The translations under genes were made by a program, and so were the position numbers. Positions 14,234-28,076 of a DNA stretch of 64,000 nucleotides are shown one piece after another. Origin of the DNA: Vicugna vicugna (Eukaryota); contig MU058366.1 in assembly GCA_013265495.1 (NCBI GenBank), positions 62,001 through 126,000 of the forward strand, in the 5' to 3' direction. The notes under the pieces were generated by a model that was not told where the DNA came from, ran no database searches, and saw only the letters and a list, made by a program, of their open reading frames with translations. The first letter of the stretch is position 1. Every line of letters starts with the position of its first letter.

Positions 14234-14925
14234 GTAAGAGGGAACAAATTTGCCATTTACCTGATACAGAGAAAGGAGTAGTGGTTGGGAAAGAACAGGA
14301 GAAGCTCTTGACTTCTTCAGAGTTACTTCGAATATTTGGTTATTCCTAAAAAGAGTGTCAAGGAAGGTTGACTATGAGCAGAAAACCCCACAGATTTTTA
14401 GTGGATTTGCCATGCAATTTCACACAGCATTCACTGGGGGAAGTGAATCTGAATTGAACTTCCTGGAGACATCTCTATATGCAGTACTGGGCTTTGCAGT
14501 ATTGCGGTACAGTCACAGAACTGTAGTAGCTGAAGTCCAGTTTTACAGAGAAATGTCAACAATTAGTCCTATTTGCAGGTTTCTCGGTGTCTCGAAGGAA
14601 AGAGTCAGTTATGACTGTTCATTGGGCACAGTTCTCTTCTGGAACCACTCAGTTTGTGATTTTCAGTCACTGAATAGCTTTGGGGGATGACTGAAGTTAA
14701 TGGTCTCTGCTCCTCCAAGAGTTAAACAAAACGGGTTGTAAGACACATTGCCAAATTTTCAATACTGCAGTATTTCAGCCCTCAAGTTGCTTAGAATCTA
14801 ATAAGGAAGACTGAGAAACAGATCCTTAAAATGCAGAGTGATAAGTGCTGTGATATGATTAAGAAGGGATTTGGGGATTTCTGGGAGCAAGTGCTCCTAA
14901 CAAGATACTACTCTATCTTCCCTAG

Positions 14926-15102
14926 GGGAATAATCGAAAAGAGTGGCTACAAGTGGACTTGCAGAAGACAATGAAAGTCACAGGGATCACCACCCAGGGG
15001 GTGAAGTCTCTCCTTACCAACATGTATGTGAAGGCGTTCCTCATATCCAGTAGTCAAGATGGCCGTAACTGGACTCTGTTTCTTCAGAATGGCAAAGTGA
15101 AG
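14926..15102 (+). CDS. F8: Factor VIII exon 25 (C2 domain)
   Basis: ccctag|GGGAAT, AAG|gtaggc, 177 bp; [59 protein letters not shown]. Confidence 0.97.
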
Positions 15103-15789
15103 GTAGGCTGGTCTCCTAGGAAAGGCACAAAGCCTCTCGTACAGTTTGACGTTTAGAAACCTAACAAGATCGATATATGACTGGACTTTCAGGATAAACT
15201 CTACTGTGTATCTATAGTAACAGGACACTATGAAAGGCACTCTGGGAGGACACAGTAACTTCAAGCAAGAATGTGTAATCCCAGGAAAAGGCAGACTAGA
15301 GCCAAGAGCTAAGTATCCTCAAAGATGTTGATGTCATTCAGGATGATGTCAAGAATCTGAGGGATGGAGAAGAAGAGTTATTCACCAAATGCTTAATGAT
15401 GTCTGCATCCTCATCAGCAACTTAGATTCACCAAGAATTAACCCTGGCATGGCCCTTACCAATCTCTCTAGTACAGTCTCTTGACATTTGCTCTTTTGCT
15501 CTCTAAGCTCCACCCATCCTAAGATTCTCAAGTCCCTAAAAACAGTGTGTTCTTTCTCATACTAGGCTTTTATACATACTGTTTCTTCTCCCTAGAACAT
15601 TTTGTCTAGGTACTTCCTCCTGTACTGCCCCTTTCACCTGGCTCACTCTTCAAGTCTCAGATAGACATCATCTCCTCCAAGAAGAATTTCCTGTTCCTTC
15701 AAGGCTGGACTAAAGACTTCTGCTTCTAGCGGTTGAGTTGACTATAGGATTAATAATATATGCTCTAGAGGACACTGCCATTTTAAAAA

Positions 15790-16660
15790 GGGTATACCTC
15801 TGATGCATCCTACAATAGGAATGAACCTTGAAAACATGCTAAATGAAATAGGCTGGACATAAAAGGACAAATATTGCATAATTCCACTTATATGACTATA
15901 TTAGTTCTCCATAGAAACAGAACCAATAGGATGCATGTGCATGTGTGTGTACAAAGAGATTTATTATAAACAATTGGCTCACAGTCAGACAGAAAGGATT
16001 CTCTCTTACTCAGAGGAGGGTCAGCCTTTTTGTTCTATTCAGGCCTTCAATTGATTGGATGACACTCACCCACATCAGGGAGGGCAATCTGCTTTATTCA
16101 CTGTACCATTTAAATGTTAATCTCATCCAAAAACATTCTCACCAACACACCCAGAATATTGTTTGACCAAATATCTGGACACTCCATGGCCTAGACAAGT
16201 TGATACCTGAAATTAACAATTACAATGAGGTACCTGGAACAGGCACATTTACAGAGACTGAAAGTAGAATAGAGGTTACCAGAGGCTGGGAGGAGGGGAC
16301 AATGGAGTTATTGTTTGATGTGGACAGAGTTTGAGTTTTGCAACATGAAGAGTTCTGGAGATGGATGGTGATGATACCGGTACAACATTATGGATGTACT
16401 TAATGCCACTGAGTCATACACTTAAAAAGAGTTAAAATGGAGGTGGGGTATAGCTCAAGTGGTAGAGTGTGTGCTTAGCATGCACAAGATCCTGGGTTCA
16501 ATCCCCAGTACCTCCTCTAAAAATAAATAAACCTAATTACCTCCTCCCTGCCAAAAAAGGCAAAAAAATTTGTGATGCTTTGACCAATGCTAAGAAGAAC
16601 ATTTTTTTAAAGACCAGTTAAAATGGTAAGTTATATATTATGTATATATTATCACAATAA
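15790..16660 (+). mobile_element. L1MB-like 3' end interrupted by an MLT2-like LTR (~15897-16222) and a SINE
   Basis: atgaaccttgaaaacatgctaaatgaaa; ttctccatagaaacagaaccaatagga (MLT2-like); gaaagtagaatagaggttaccagagg. Confidence 0.7.
16441..16616 (+). mobile_element. tRNA-derived SINE (Vic-1-like)
   Basis: A/B boxes; target-site duplication (TSD) gttaaaatgg. Confidence 0.85.
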
Positions 16661-17499
16661 AAAGGGCTCTGTCACTGACAGTATATACTTAACGCATTGC
16701 TACACTCAGTAAAGAAAAGGGCATCTCCAGCCCCCTCACCACCAACAGCAAAAAAAAAAAAAAGAGCTTTTATTTTAAAATAATGAGCTTAAATCAGGGC
16801 TAAGAGAGGTGAAAAGTGAGAAAATGTAAAATGGAGGACCTTTTGTAAAGAGAAATGATTATATTACTGTTGTTATTGGGAGACCAAGCTTTGAGCAAAA
16901 TGCAATAACTGAACGTGAGACTTCTGCATTAAGTAGTGAACCCCAGAAAGGAGCTAAACTAGTTGCAGATAAGTAGCACCTCCTGGCATCTGGAAGAACC
17001 GTTCTCAAGTCCACTCTAGAAAATGCACTTTAGGTCTCCAAGATTCCTACATAGTAAAATGACGAGGTCATAAACATAGATCAGCAAATATGCAGGATAC
17101 AAGCCAACTTGACAAAAAGTGAGCAGAAACAATCAACATCAGATATTGACATTATCAGATTTATATCATAAAATAATTATGCACAAAATAGTTAAAGCAA
17201 TAAGCTATGGAAAGATAACAATAAATGACAAATTATCCAAAATTATTAGGCAGTTTTGGGGAAAAAATAGTACTTTTAGAAATACAAAACAACTGTTGAA
17301 GTTTAAGTCAAAGAAAGACTTAATAGTGAATTAGGCACAGCCAAAGATAATTTAGTCAATTGGAAGATATATCTGTCAATTGGAAATTACCCAGAATGGA
17401 GCACAGAAGATCAAACATATGAAAAAGAAATTAAGAGACATAGACTATATAGAGAAAGCCTCACATATATGTGATTCGATTCCCAGAATGAATGAAATA

Positions 17500-19380
17500 A
17501 ACGACCACTTTTGCCACTTTTATTCAACATTGTACTGGAAGTTATAGCCAGAGAAATTACAAGTGAAAAATAAAGTAAAAGCATTCAGATCGGAAACAAA
17601 GAAGTAAGACTATCTCTCCTCACCAATAATTTTATATGTAGAAAATCCGAAAGAATCCACAAAAAAACTATTAGAGCTAATAAATGAATTCAGCCAAGTT
17701 GCAGGACACATGATCAACACATAAAAATCAGTTGTATTTCTATATACTAGCAATGAAAAATCCAAAAAGAAAATTAAGAAAACAATTTCATTCACAATAG
17801 CATCAGAAAGAATAAAATAGGAATAAATTGAACCAAGGAGGTACAAGACTTGTACACTGAAAATTATAAAACGTTGCTGAAAAAAATTAAAGAAGACCTA
17901 AGTAAACAGATATCTTGGGTTCGATGATTGGAAGACATTATTAAGATGGCATTACCACCAAAAGCTTTCTACAGATTCAATGCAGTTTCTATCCAAATCC
18001 AGGTCATTTTTGCAGAAATGGACAAGTGACTCTTAAAATTCATCTGGAATTGCAAGGGACCCCAAATACTGAAAGCAAACTTGAAAAATAACAGTTATAG
18101 GACTCACACTTCCCAATTTTAAAACTTACTTCAAATTACAGTATGCAAAGCAGTGTGATATTGATACAAAGGTAGACAGATAGATAGATCGATGGAATAA
18201 AGTCCAGAAATAAGCCTGCACATCTATGGTAAATTGATTTTGAATAACGGTGCCAAGACCACACAATGGGAAAAGAATAGTCTCTTCAACAAATCATGCT
18301 GGGAAAACTGGATAGCCAAGTGCAAAAGAATTAAGTTACTAGACACCATATACAAAAATTAATTCAAAATAGATCAAATACCAAAACAAAAACTAAAACT
18401 ATAAAACTCTTAGCAGAAAATATAGAGGTAAATCTTCATGACCTTGGATTTTACAAATGGTTTCCTAGATGTAAATCATAATCACAAACAACAAAAGAAA
18501 AATAGATATAGTGTAATTCCTCAAAATTAAAACCTTTTGTACATCAAAGGACAGTATCTAGGAATTAAAAATACAACCCAGTGTGGGAGAAAATATTTGC
18601 CAATCATATATTTGATAAAAGGTCTAGTATCCATGATATGAAAAGAATTCTTAAACTCAACAAAAAGACAACCAAATTTAACAGTAAGCAAAGGACTTCA
18701 ACATCAGCGTCATTAATCATCAGAAAAATGCAAATCAAAACCATGAACAGCTATTACTTCACACCCACTAAGATTGCAATAATTTTGTTTAGTATAAAAA
18801 GTAAAACGTGTTAGCAAGGATGTAGAAAAACTGGAACCTATATTGTTGACAGGAATGTGAAATGAGAAGCCACTGAATAAGACATCTTGGTGCTTCTTCA
18901 ATAAGGTAAATGTAGAATTACAATATGATTCCAGCAATTCTTCTACTAGGTATGTACCCAAAAGAACTGAAAATAGGCAAGTAACAAAAACTGGTACGAA
19001 AATGCTCATAGCAGCACTATTCATGATAGTCAGCAGGTGAAAATGACCCAAATGTCCATCAACTGACGGATAAACAAATTCTGGTCTATCCGTACAACAG
19101 AATATTATTCAGCCATAAAAAGGATAGACTTACTGACATATGCTACAATATGGCCACATATTGTATTATTCCATTCATATGACATATCCGGAATTGGCAA
19201 ATAAATACACAGAGATGGAAAATAGATTAGTGATTCCCAGAGGTTGGAAGGAAGGGTAAGTGGAGCATGGTTCCCTAATAGAAGTAGATAGTGCTGAATG
19301 TACTAGATGCCACTGCATTTTAGACTTTAAAATGGTTAAGATGGTAAATTTTATGTTATGTACATTTTACCACAATTAGA
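17500..19380 (+). mobile_element. Degraded L1 ORF2 3' half plus 3'UTR
   Basis: WEKIFANHIFDK and IIRKMQIKT motifs, many frameshifts. Confidence 0.88.
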
Positions 19381-20613
19381 AGGAACCAGGAGAAATATAC
19401 ATTACCATGATAAGAATGACAAACTGACATGTGATTTCTAAGCAATAATGAAAATCAGAAGATAATTAATGATATCCATATGATGCCAAAAGGAAAAATC
19501 TGAAACCTCCCCCAAAATAAAATCTGGTGAAATTTTTTTCATGCATTCTAGCAAAAACTAAAAACTTTTCCAACATGTGTAAGTGATTTTACCACCCAGT
19601 AAAATCCTGCCAACATAAAAAAAGAGGATACTTATTAACCTTATGACAGTAAATTTAGAAAATCAGGTAAAATAGATTAATTTCTAGTAAATATAATTTA
19701 CTCAGGAAGGAATAGAAAACCTTGAAAGTCCTACAACCTTTGAAAAATTGAACTGGTGTTCAAAAATCTTCCTACAAAGAAAATTCCAGATTCAGATGGC
19801 TATACTAAATACTCTACCAAATTTTCAAGGGAGAAATAATACCATTATTACAAAGATTCTTCCAGAAAAACGGAAAACAATTGTACATTATCTAGCTTTT
19901 TTAATGATGACAATTTTTTTACAAAGGAAAATAATAGGCCAATTTTATTCATGAACATAGTTCCAAAACAAATTATTAGCAGTATATATTCAAGTTGGAA
20001 TTATCCTAGGAATGCAAGTTTGGCTTAACATTAGAAAATTAATGCAATCCATCACATTAATGGACTGAAGGATTACATGGCCAATAAATACTGAAAAAAC
20101 ATTTCATAAAATTCAGTATATATTCTTAATTGAAAAAATTAGCAAAGATATTGAAGCATCGTAAATGCACATCAATAGTTGAATAGATAATGGAAATGCC
20201 ATATATATATATATATATATATGTAATGAAACACAACTCACCCATAAGAAAGAAGGATATTTTGCCATTTGCAGCCTTTCATTTACTTTTTTTCTTCACT
20301 TCAAAAACCAGAACCTTATAACCGGCATAAACATTTCCATTACATCAAAAACAACAAAATACCTAGAAATAAACTTAACCAAGGAGGTTACCTATACTTT
20401 GAAAACCGAAATGACTCAAAGAAATGGAAAAATTTCTTGTGCTCTTGGATTGGAAGAATCAACACCATCAAAATGGCCACACTACCCAAAGCAATCCACA
20501 GATCCAACACAACCCCCATCAAAATACTCACGACATTCCTCACAGAACTAGAACAAACAATTCCAAAATTTATACGGAACCACATAAGACCTGAACAGTC
20601 AAAACGATCTTTT

Positions 20614-22500
20614 CTAGGTATTTTTTTTTTCTCTTTCTTTTTTTTGTTCTCTTTTCTTATGGTTTGATGATGAGAGAAGGTCCTTTAACATTTGTTGTAA
20701 AGCTGGTTTGGTGGTGCTGAAATCTTTTAGCTTTTGTTTATCTGTGAAGCTTTTGATTTCTCCATCAAGTCTGAATGAGAGCCCTGCTGGACAGAGTATT
20801 CTTGGTTGTAAGTTTCCCCCTTTCCTCACTTTAAATATATCGCGTCACTCCCTTCTGGCTTGTAGAGTTTCTGCTGAAAAATCGGCTGATAACCTTATGG
20901 GAGTTCCCTTGTATGCTATTCATTGCTTTTCTCTTTACTTTTAATATTTTCTCCTTATCCTTAATTGTTGTCAGTTGGATGACTATGTGCCTTGGTGTGT
21001 TCCTCTTTGGGTTGATTCTGTGTGGTACTCTGCGCTTCCAGGACTTGGGTGACTGTTTCCTTTCCCAGGTTGGGGAAGTTTCCTGTTATTATCTCTCCAA
21101 ACATGTTCTCAGGTCCTTTCTCTCTCTCTTCTCTTTCTCGGACCCCTACAATGTGAATATTAGAGCACTTCATGTTGTCCCAGAGTTCTCTTAAACTATC
21201 CTCATTTCTTTTCATTCTTTTTCTTTGTTCTGTTCTGTGGTAGTGATTTCCACTAATCTGTCTCCTATCTTACTGATCCGTTCTTCTGCCTCATTTAGTC
21301 TGTTCTTGGTTCCTTCTAGTGTGTTATTCATTTCAGTGATTTTATTCTTGAACTCTGTTTGGGTATTCTTTATATTTTCCACCTCTTTGCTAAAAACTTC
21401 GCTCTGTGCATCTACCCTCCTCTTGAGTTCTCTGAACATCTTGGCCATCATTACTTTAAACTCTTTCTCAGATGGATTGTCTATCTCCTCATCACTTATT
21501 TCTTCCTCTGGGATTTTATCTTGTGCCTCGGCCTGGGAGATATTCCTCTGCCGCTTCATATCTTCTATCTTTCTATGTGTTTGTGGACTCCTTCCACAGG
21601 CTCTGGGATTGTTGTTTTCTTATTTCTAGTATCTGCCCTGGTGGATGAGGCTGGACTAGAGGCTTATGCAGATCTCCTGGCAGGAGGAGCCGGTGCCTGC
21701 CCACTGCTGGGTGAGGCTTGGTCCTGGACCTCTGCTGGGTGAGGCTGTGTCTAGAGGCCTCTGTGGCTCAGGAAGTCTGCTGACGGGTGGGGCTGTGCTC
21801 CCACCCTGTGTGTTGTTTGGCCTGAGGCTTCCCTACAGGCTGTTGAGTGGGGCTAGGTCTTGGTGTTAATGATCCAATCAAGATGTCAGCCTGCAGGAAA
21901 GCTCATGTAGATTAACACTCCCGGAATGCCGGCCATCAGCTTTTACGTCTCCTGGGTGAGCCGCAGCCATCCCCCATGTCCCCAGGAGACCCTCCAAAAC
22001 CAGCAGGCAGGTCTGGCCCAGGTTCCTGTGAAATCACTGCCTCTGCCCTTGGACCTGGCGGATGCAAGTTTCTGTGTATGTTTCCCAAGCAAATGGAGTC
22101 TCCGTTTCCCCTAGTCCCTTGGGGCTCCCAGAGCCAAGCCCCACTGACCTTCAAAACCATATGTCCTGGGATCTCCTTCTCTTCCCAGTGCCAGGGCCCA
22201 ATCTGGGGATCCTGACGTGAGGCTTAGAGCTCTCACTCCTGTGGGAGGGCCTCTGCAACTGAACTATTCTTCAGCTTGTGGGTCACCCACCCTGGGGGTA
22301 TGGGGCCCAATTATATCAGCATTACGTCCCTCCTACCGTCCTGCTGTGGTTTCCTCTTTATGTTTCCAGTTGCAGAAGATCTTTTTTGCTAGGTCCCAGT
22401 CTTTTTTTCAATGGCTGTTTAGCATTCAGTTGTGGTTTCGTTGTAGTCACGAGGAGAGGCAAGCTAGTGGTCCTACCACTCCGCCATCTTGACCGGAAAT
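20614..22500 (-). mobile_element. Younger L1: 5'UTR plus frameshifted ORF1, no contiguous ORF2
   Basis: 5' end caagatggcggag (YY1) ~22480-22491; ORF1 pieces KEFKVMMAKMFREL, EDSLRELWDNMKCSNIHIVGV, LQPRILCPAGLSFRLDGEIKSFTDKQKL. Confidence 0.92.
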
Positions 22501-24345
22501 CTGCCACATCCACTTTTATTAAAAACGCTACAGGAGGCCCTAAGCAGTACAGTAAGATAAGAAAAATAAATAAAACATGTTAGGATTGGGAAAAAAACAA
22601 AACACTCATAATATGTGGATGATACAACAGCATTCATAGAAAATCCAAAAGTATCTATCTAAATTATTAGCATTAATAAGAAAATTTTGCAAGGTTGCTG
22701 AAACAAAATCAATACAAAATTTAAATGTATTTATACATACTGGGAACAAATAGTTAGAAAAAATAATTTAAAATAGTATCTAAAAATTCCAAGTACTGAG
22801 TTATACTCTCCTTACAGCCTACAAAAAACCATCTATCAATCTATCTCTAGACATATTTTTAAATGCAAATAAAGCCACCCATACCTCACCTGCAGAATAA
22901 CTAGAAGACAAACAATACCCTAAGTTTCAACTTACAAGTAAGTAGGACATAAACATGCTGAGCTAGCTGACCAAGCTCCAGAGCTCAGCCTGGAGAGAAG
23001 AGTCCAGGAGAGACTGTGCAAAAAAAAAAAAAAAAAAAGGAAATGTCAGTGTGAGACCTTTCACTTCTGACCCTGAGTGATGAAATACTAATATTTGAGA
23101 CTTTCTGGATCTTAGCATTGGCTTCTGGAGAACTGAAAGGAAAGAGATTGAAAGCATGTAGGACTACATTTGGAAAGGCACTGTTTCTGGTGAAGGAGGA
23201 TACATCCCTTGGAGGCTTGGTGCTGAAGAAAAAAAGAAGTCAAATGGTGGAAATTAAGTGTTCTGTGTAAGCAAAACGAATCACAAAAATCACAGGACAA
23301 ACCCATCCCATCTGCTAAAGAAACTGCACTTCACTTTATCAACAGTAGAGGGTGCTCCTGGACTGAGAAATCTAACAAGCTACCCACACCTCTTCCCTCT
23401 GCCTCCGTAAAGTGACCTTATTTCTGGAACGAGAATATATAAGGAATTCCCAAATGAACAGAAAATGGCAGACGTGCTTTCAAACAGAAGCTTTAAATGT
23501 GATTGTATGTTTGGCTCAGTCTCTTGTGCCACTTTAGACATTTTGATCTCACAACCTGAGAAGACACAGTCTACATGAGCCTCAGTCTGAAGCAGAGTTT
23601 CAGCCAAACCAAGAACACTCTTGGTTTCTAAATAACATTTCCTACTAGAAGGAATCTTCTACTGGGAGCAAAGGAACTGCACAGTGATCTTGGAACATCT
23701 CAGTGTGCCAAAGTGAACAAAGACTAATGAGGTCACATGAAAAGAACAAAGGAGCTGGCTGGAAGGGGTTCCTACTGGCCAGATCTGAGAGCCTTTGAGC
23801 ATCAAAAAAAAAAAGTGACAATAATGGATACAATACAATGGATACATACAAGAAAGAAAGCATCCAGGAGTCCACAATCATTGCAAAAATATAAAGGTGG
23901 GAGGAGTGGAGTTTTCTCCACGGAAGAATTCCAGCTAAGACATGCAGGAGTGACAAAACTAGGAAATCAATTTGTAACCATCAATATACTATACAATGAG
24001 TCATCTACACTTCAATTTAAAAATCTACTTTTAATACTTGTAATACTTGTAAGGAGATTTAATGGATACTAAAAGTGTTGGATGAAAGCTTAATGCAGAG
24101 CATAATATTTACACAGTCTCAAAGTATCGCCCCACACACTGTTTGTTAGGAAAAGGAAATGATGACCTTTCTAACAGAGAGATCTGGTGCACAGCGCCTT
24201 AACTAAGGAGTCAAACTTTGCATCATCAATAATGGATCAAATAGGCATCATGTTTCCTCTATTGTGAGATGAGCAGTCACACAAATTTAGAATGTGGAGC
24301 ATTCTATGACACAATGGCCCTAGACTTATTAAAATGTCAATGTCA

Positions 24346-24464
24346 CTCAAGTGGTAGAGTGCATGCTTAGCATGCATGAGGTCCTGGGTTCAATCCCAGT
24401 ACTTCCTCTAAAAATAAATCAATGAGTAAACCTAATTATCTCTCCCTCATAAAACAAACAAACA
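24346..24464 (+). mobile_element. 5'-truncated Vic-1-like SINE
   Basis: TSD aaaa(t/c)gtcaatgtca. Confidence 0.85.
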
Positions 24465-24940
24465 AAAACGTCAATGTCATGAAGGACAAAAAGAGACCAG
24501 AGACTAGAAGTCTGTTTAGACTAAAAGAGACTTAAGCGTTCATTGTATTATTCTTTCAATTTCTTAAGGGGAAATGACGAGGAATATGTCTCACAGAAGG
24601 AGTACAAGCCTCCAAATACAGCACAAATATTTACCAAAGAATCTCTTTTGTGTCTCAAAAGTTTTATCAAACACACAAACTTTAACAAATGTTCATAGTA
24701 TATTTGCCATGTGTATACATTATGCTACATATTCTGTGTGTGTAAGGTAGTTCAGTGACCAAGGTCTCTGCTGTCATGGAACTGGTATTTTGGGTGGAAA
24801 AAGAGCAAATGGTCAGTAGTGAGGTAAACAAAAAAATGAGAAGATATGGAATACCATAACGGAAACATACAAGGAGAGATTTCAAGCTGGCAAGAGTCCT
24901 GTTTTAGAGGGTGTAGAGCTCTCCAAAGAGATAACATGTT

Positions 24941-25085
24941 GGGGGAGGGTTTAGCTCAAGTGGCAGAGCCAGTACTTAGCATGCACAAGGTCCTGGGTTC
25001 AGTCCCCAGCACCTCCATCGAAAAACCAGCTAAATCAATAAACCTAATTATCACCCCCCTGCGAGGAAAAAAAAGAACCTATAAA
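24941..25085 (+). mobile_element. Vic-1-like SINE
   Basis: A/B boxes; TSD aaagagataacatgt. Confidence 0.85.
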
Positions 25086-25094
25086 AAAAGAGAT

Positions 25095-25257
25095 AACATG
25101 TATAGCTCAAGGAAGTATATTCAGTTTCTTGTAATAACATAACGGAGAAGAATCTGAGAAGAAAAATATATATACATAATTCTATGTATAACTAAGCCAC
25201 TTTGCTGTACACCTGAAACTAACATTGTAAATCAACTACACTTCAATAAAAAAAAAT
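25095..25257 (+). mobile_element. L1 extreme 3' end with poly(A)
   Basis: ctttgctgtacacctgaaactaac...cttcaataaaaaaaaa. Confidence 0.75.
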
Positions 25258-25620
25258 TTTTAAAGGATCTGGGACTAAAATGCCATGATGTTTGCAACTC
25301 CCTTGAAGTAGTTTGGAAAGTGGGTGAGAACATTCCAGACGTTAGGCATCGCCGCAACAACAGGCAAGCAAGGGTGCTCTTAAGTCTAGGTGCATGGAAC
25401 AGAGTTATCCAGTCACCTCCCAAGGTTCAGCCCTGCACTCCTGGAAGCATGGATTAGTCGATGGGAAGTGAAAAAAAAGTCTGTGCCTCGTGGTAGCCAT
25501 TGGGATGGATGCAAAGGAGGGTGAGGAGACTGGCTTGGGGGGGTGCAGGGGGAGAGGAGTATCAACGTTATCCTTATTCTCCTATTAGATGACTAATAAA
25601 TGCCATCTTTCCTCTTGCAG

Positions 25621-25776
25621 GTTTTTCAGGGAAATCGAGACTCCTTCACACCCGTAGTGAACACTCTAGACCCCCCACTATTTATTCGCTACCTGAGAAT
25701 TCACCCTCAGAGCTGGGAGCACCAGATTGCCCTGAGGATGGAGATTCTGGGCTGTGAGGCACAGCAGGTGTACTGA
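25621..25776 (+). CDS. F8: Factor VIII exon 26 coding part (C2 C-terminus, stop TGA)
   Basis: ttgcag|[57 protein letters not shown]. Confidence 0.98.
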   Translation, partial: VFQGNRDSFTPVVNTLDPPLFIRYLRIHPQSWEHQIALRMEILGCEAQQVY

Positions 25777-26413
25777 GAATGGCGCCCCCACCCCCGCCGG
25801 TTCCATCGCACCTCTGTCCCAGCCCCTGTCCAGCATCCCTCTCAGCCTGGCCTCCTGGTTCCACCCTTTTTCTGTGTATTTAAAGTATACAGTCCTAGCA
25901 GATCTGCCCTGAAGCCCCCGAAATTGTCATGAATCCTGCATCTTCTGGGAGTGTTGCATCCACTGGCTGCAGCTGTTCCCAGATCGCTCCTTCCTTCCAG
26001 CGTCTTTAGGCAAAAAAGAAATGAGACAACCCGCCTGGAAAGCATTCTCTTCCTGACAAGTTAGGTCTCTTCCACAGCCGCCACTTCCTCCTCTGCGGCA
26101 AAATGAGGCGTTGAAAGGGGTCAGGAGGTATTCACCATGGGAGCATTTCTGATGAAGCCTTAGATATTGAAAATGAAACTCTCACTTGTTTCTTAGGCTG
26201 ATCAAGCATGTCACCGAACGTGTTTGGAGATCATATCACCACAGCCTTGAAGTCAAAAGATAAGTCATTTTGACCGTCTGCAAAATGGAAATAATATGAG
26301 AACTACTGCATTAAAGTCTGTTCTTGCCTCTTCATAGATAGATATAATGATCTTCGTTAGTCATCTTGGGGCATTGTTAGTGGCACATTCTTACCTCAAA
26401 AACTAGTATTCTT

Positions 26414-26500
26414 GGAGGAGGGGGGTGCAGCTCAGTGGTAGAGCAGGTGCTTAGCATGCAGAGGGTCCTGAGTTCAATCCCCAGTCCCTCTGTTAAAAAA
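26414..26500 (+). mobile_element. Short Vic-1-like SINE inside the F8 3'UTR
   Basis: A/B boxes, poly(A), degenerate TSD aaaaacta(gta/ttg)ttctt. Confidence 0.85.
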
Positions 26501-27383
26501 AAAAACTATTGTTCTTTGAGGCTCGTGGATGGGATTCAATAGCCCCCTAAACCCCCCATCCCTCCGTCCCTTGAGACTATATATAACATTATGTATGAAT
26601 GTGTATGTACATTTTCTCTGACAGAAGTGTCCAAAGATTTAATCAGACCTTAAAGGGTTAAAAAGCTTTAAAAGAGTTCATTTTAATCTCAGAAAAGTAA
26701 ATAAAACCCATGGCTATCTGGGCTAGGAGATACAACATTATAATTCTAATAATGCACTCATTTTGCTCCCTCCCTCCGCTAATTTCCTGCTGAAATGACC
26801 CAACAAAAATGTAGGGGGAAATTCTATAACATGACTGAAAAGCAGTCCCACTTACATAGTTGACGTACTGAGGAGTCAAAAGAAATGAGGTAGGCCTGGT
26901 TGTGTTCTTCCTTCACGGCGACCTCACATGCCAGACGGCAGCGCGAGGGAGCATCCCAAGGCAAGGCGATCTCGAAGCAGAGGCCCCTAGTGTAAGAGCA
27001 AGATTGCTTCGTTCTCAGAAAAGGCAAGGGAGTAACCGCTTTTCCCCACGCTAGATAGTCTTCCAATAGTTCTTCTTGACCCTGATGTGACCTTTTGGGG
27101 GACTGTCACGGAATCACACCCCACAACTGATGAAGCTGCAGTCTGTTAAGGTTAGAAGTCAATTTACAGAAATCAACATGCTGCTTTGCTTTATAGCCTG
27201 GTAGAGAAGTTAACCTCAAAGGTGATATGGTTTTAATCCCTGTAAAAGGTTAACCAGTTTTATGTCTAACTTAATTATCTTTCTTTGGCATTCCTTTCCC
27301 ACAGGCTGCGTACATCTCTATTTCTCAAATGCTCTTGGAACCAGCTCTTCTGTCTTCCTGCTGGTTTCCTCAATAATCAGTTA

Positions 27384-27389
27384 AATAAA
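27384..27389 (+). terminator. F8: F8 polyadenylation signal AATAAA
   Basis: AATAAA followed by a U/GU-rich tract (cttgtgtttttat, ~27422). Confidence 0.75.
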
Positions 27390-28076
27390 ACATTGACACA
27401 TATAAGCAAATGCCTTTGAAACTTGTGTTTTTATACCAGAAATTAAAATGTGAACAATGATATTTTAAAAGAAAAAACAAATACAGGCACTGAATCACAG
27501 GATGGACAGTTTAGAAAAACAAATGAGTGAGTTAGGAAACCAGATTAAATTGAACTCAGAGTTGAATGATATAATTTATGAGAGGGGAAATAACATTTTA
27601 AAATGAGAAATGGAGCCTTGATCCAGGAGCCGAGCTTACAGAGAGAGAGATTGAGAAATGGGGAGTTACTGTTCAGCTGGTCTAGACTTTCAGTTCTGCG
27701 AGATGACTCAGTTCTAAAGACCTGCCTACAGTTAATGACATTTTACTGTGCAAAATCTAAGAGGATAAACATCTAAGAGGATAGCTGCATAAAGCGCTCT
27801 CACCACCATAAAAATTCAAACTTCTTGAAGGAAAGATAAGAGTGGGGTGGTCATACAAAACAATAGGAGAAAATTTCTTTGAGACGAAATAACAATAATA
27901 AGAATAATAAAATAAATTTGAAGAATGAGACTGTGCATTGTTTGCCCACATCAACCTAGTCAAGTAGGACAATAGACCTTGTTGCTGAGGCCAGAAGCTC
28001 CACAGCATTTTACTGGTTGAGTTATTTGTAAGATCCCTGAGATCACAGCAAATTAATTATCAGAAGACTGCTGAGC

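Larger units (their letters stand above)
25777..27402 (+). other. F8: F8 3'UTR (about 1.6 kb)
   Basis: Follows the stop codon; ends AATAAAACATTGACACATA, resembling the human F8 mRNA 3' end as I recall it. Confidence 0.75.
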
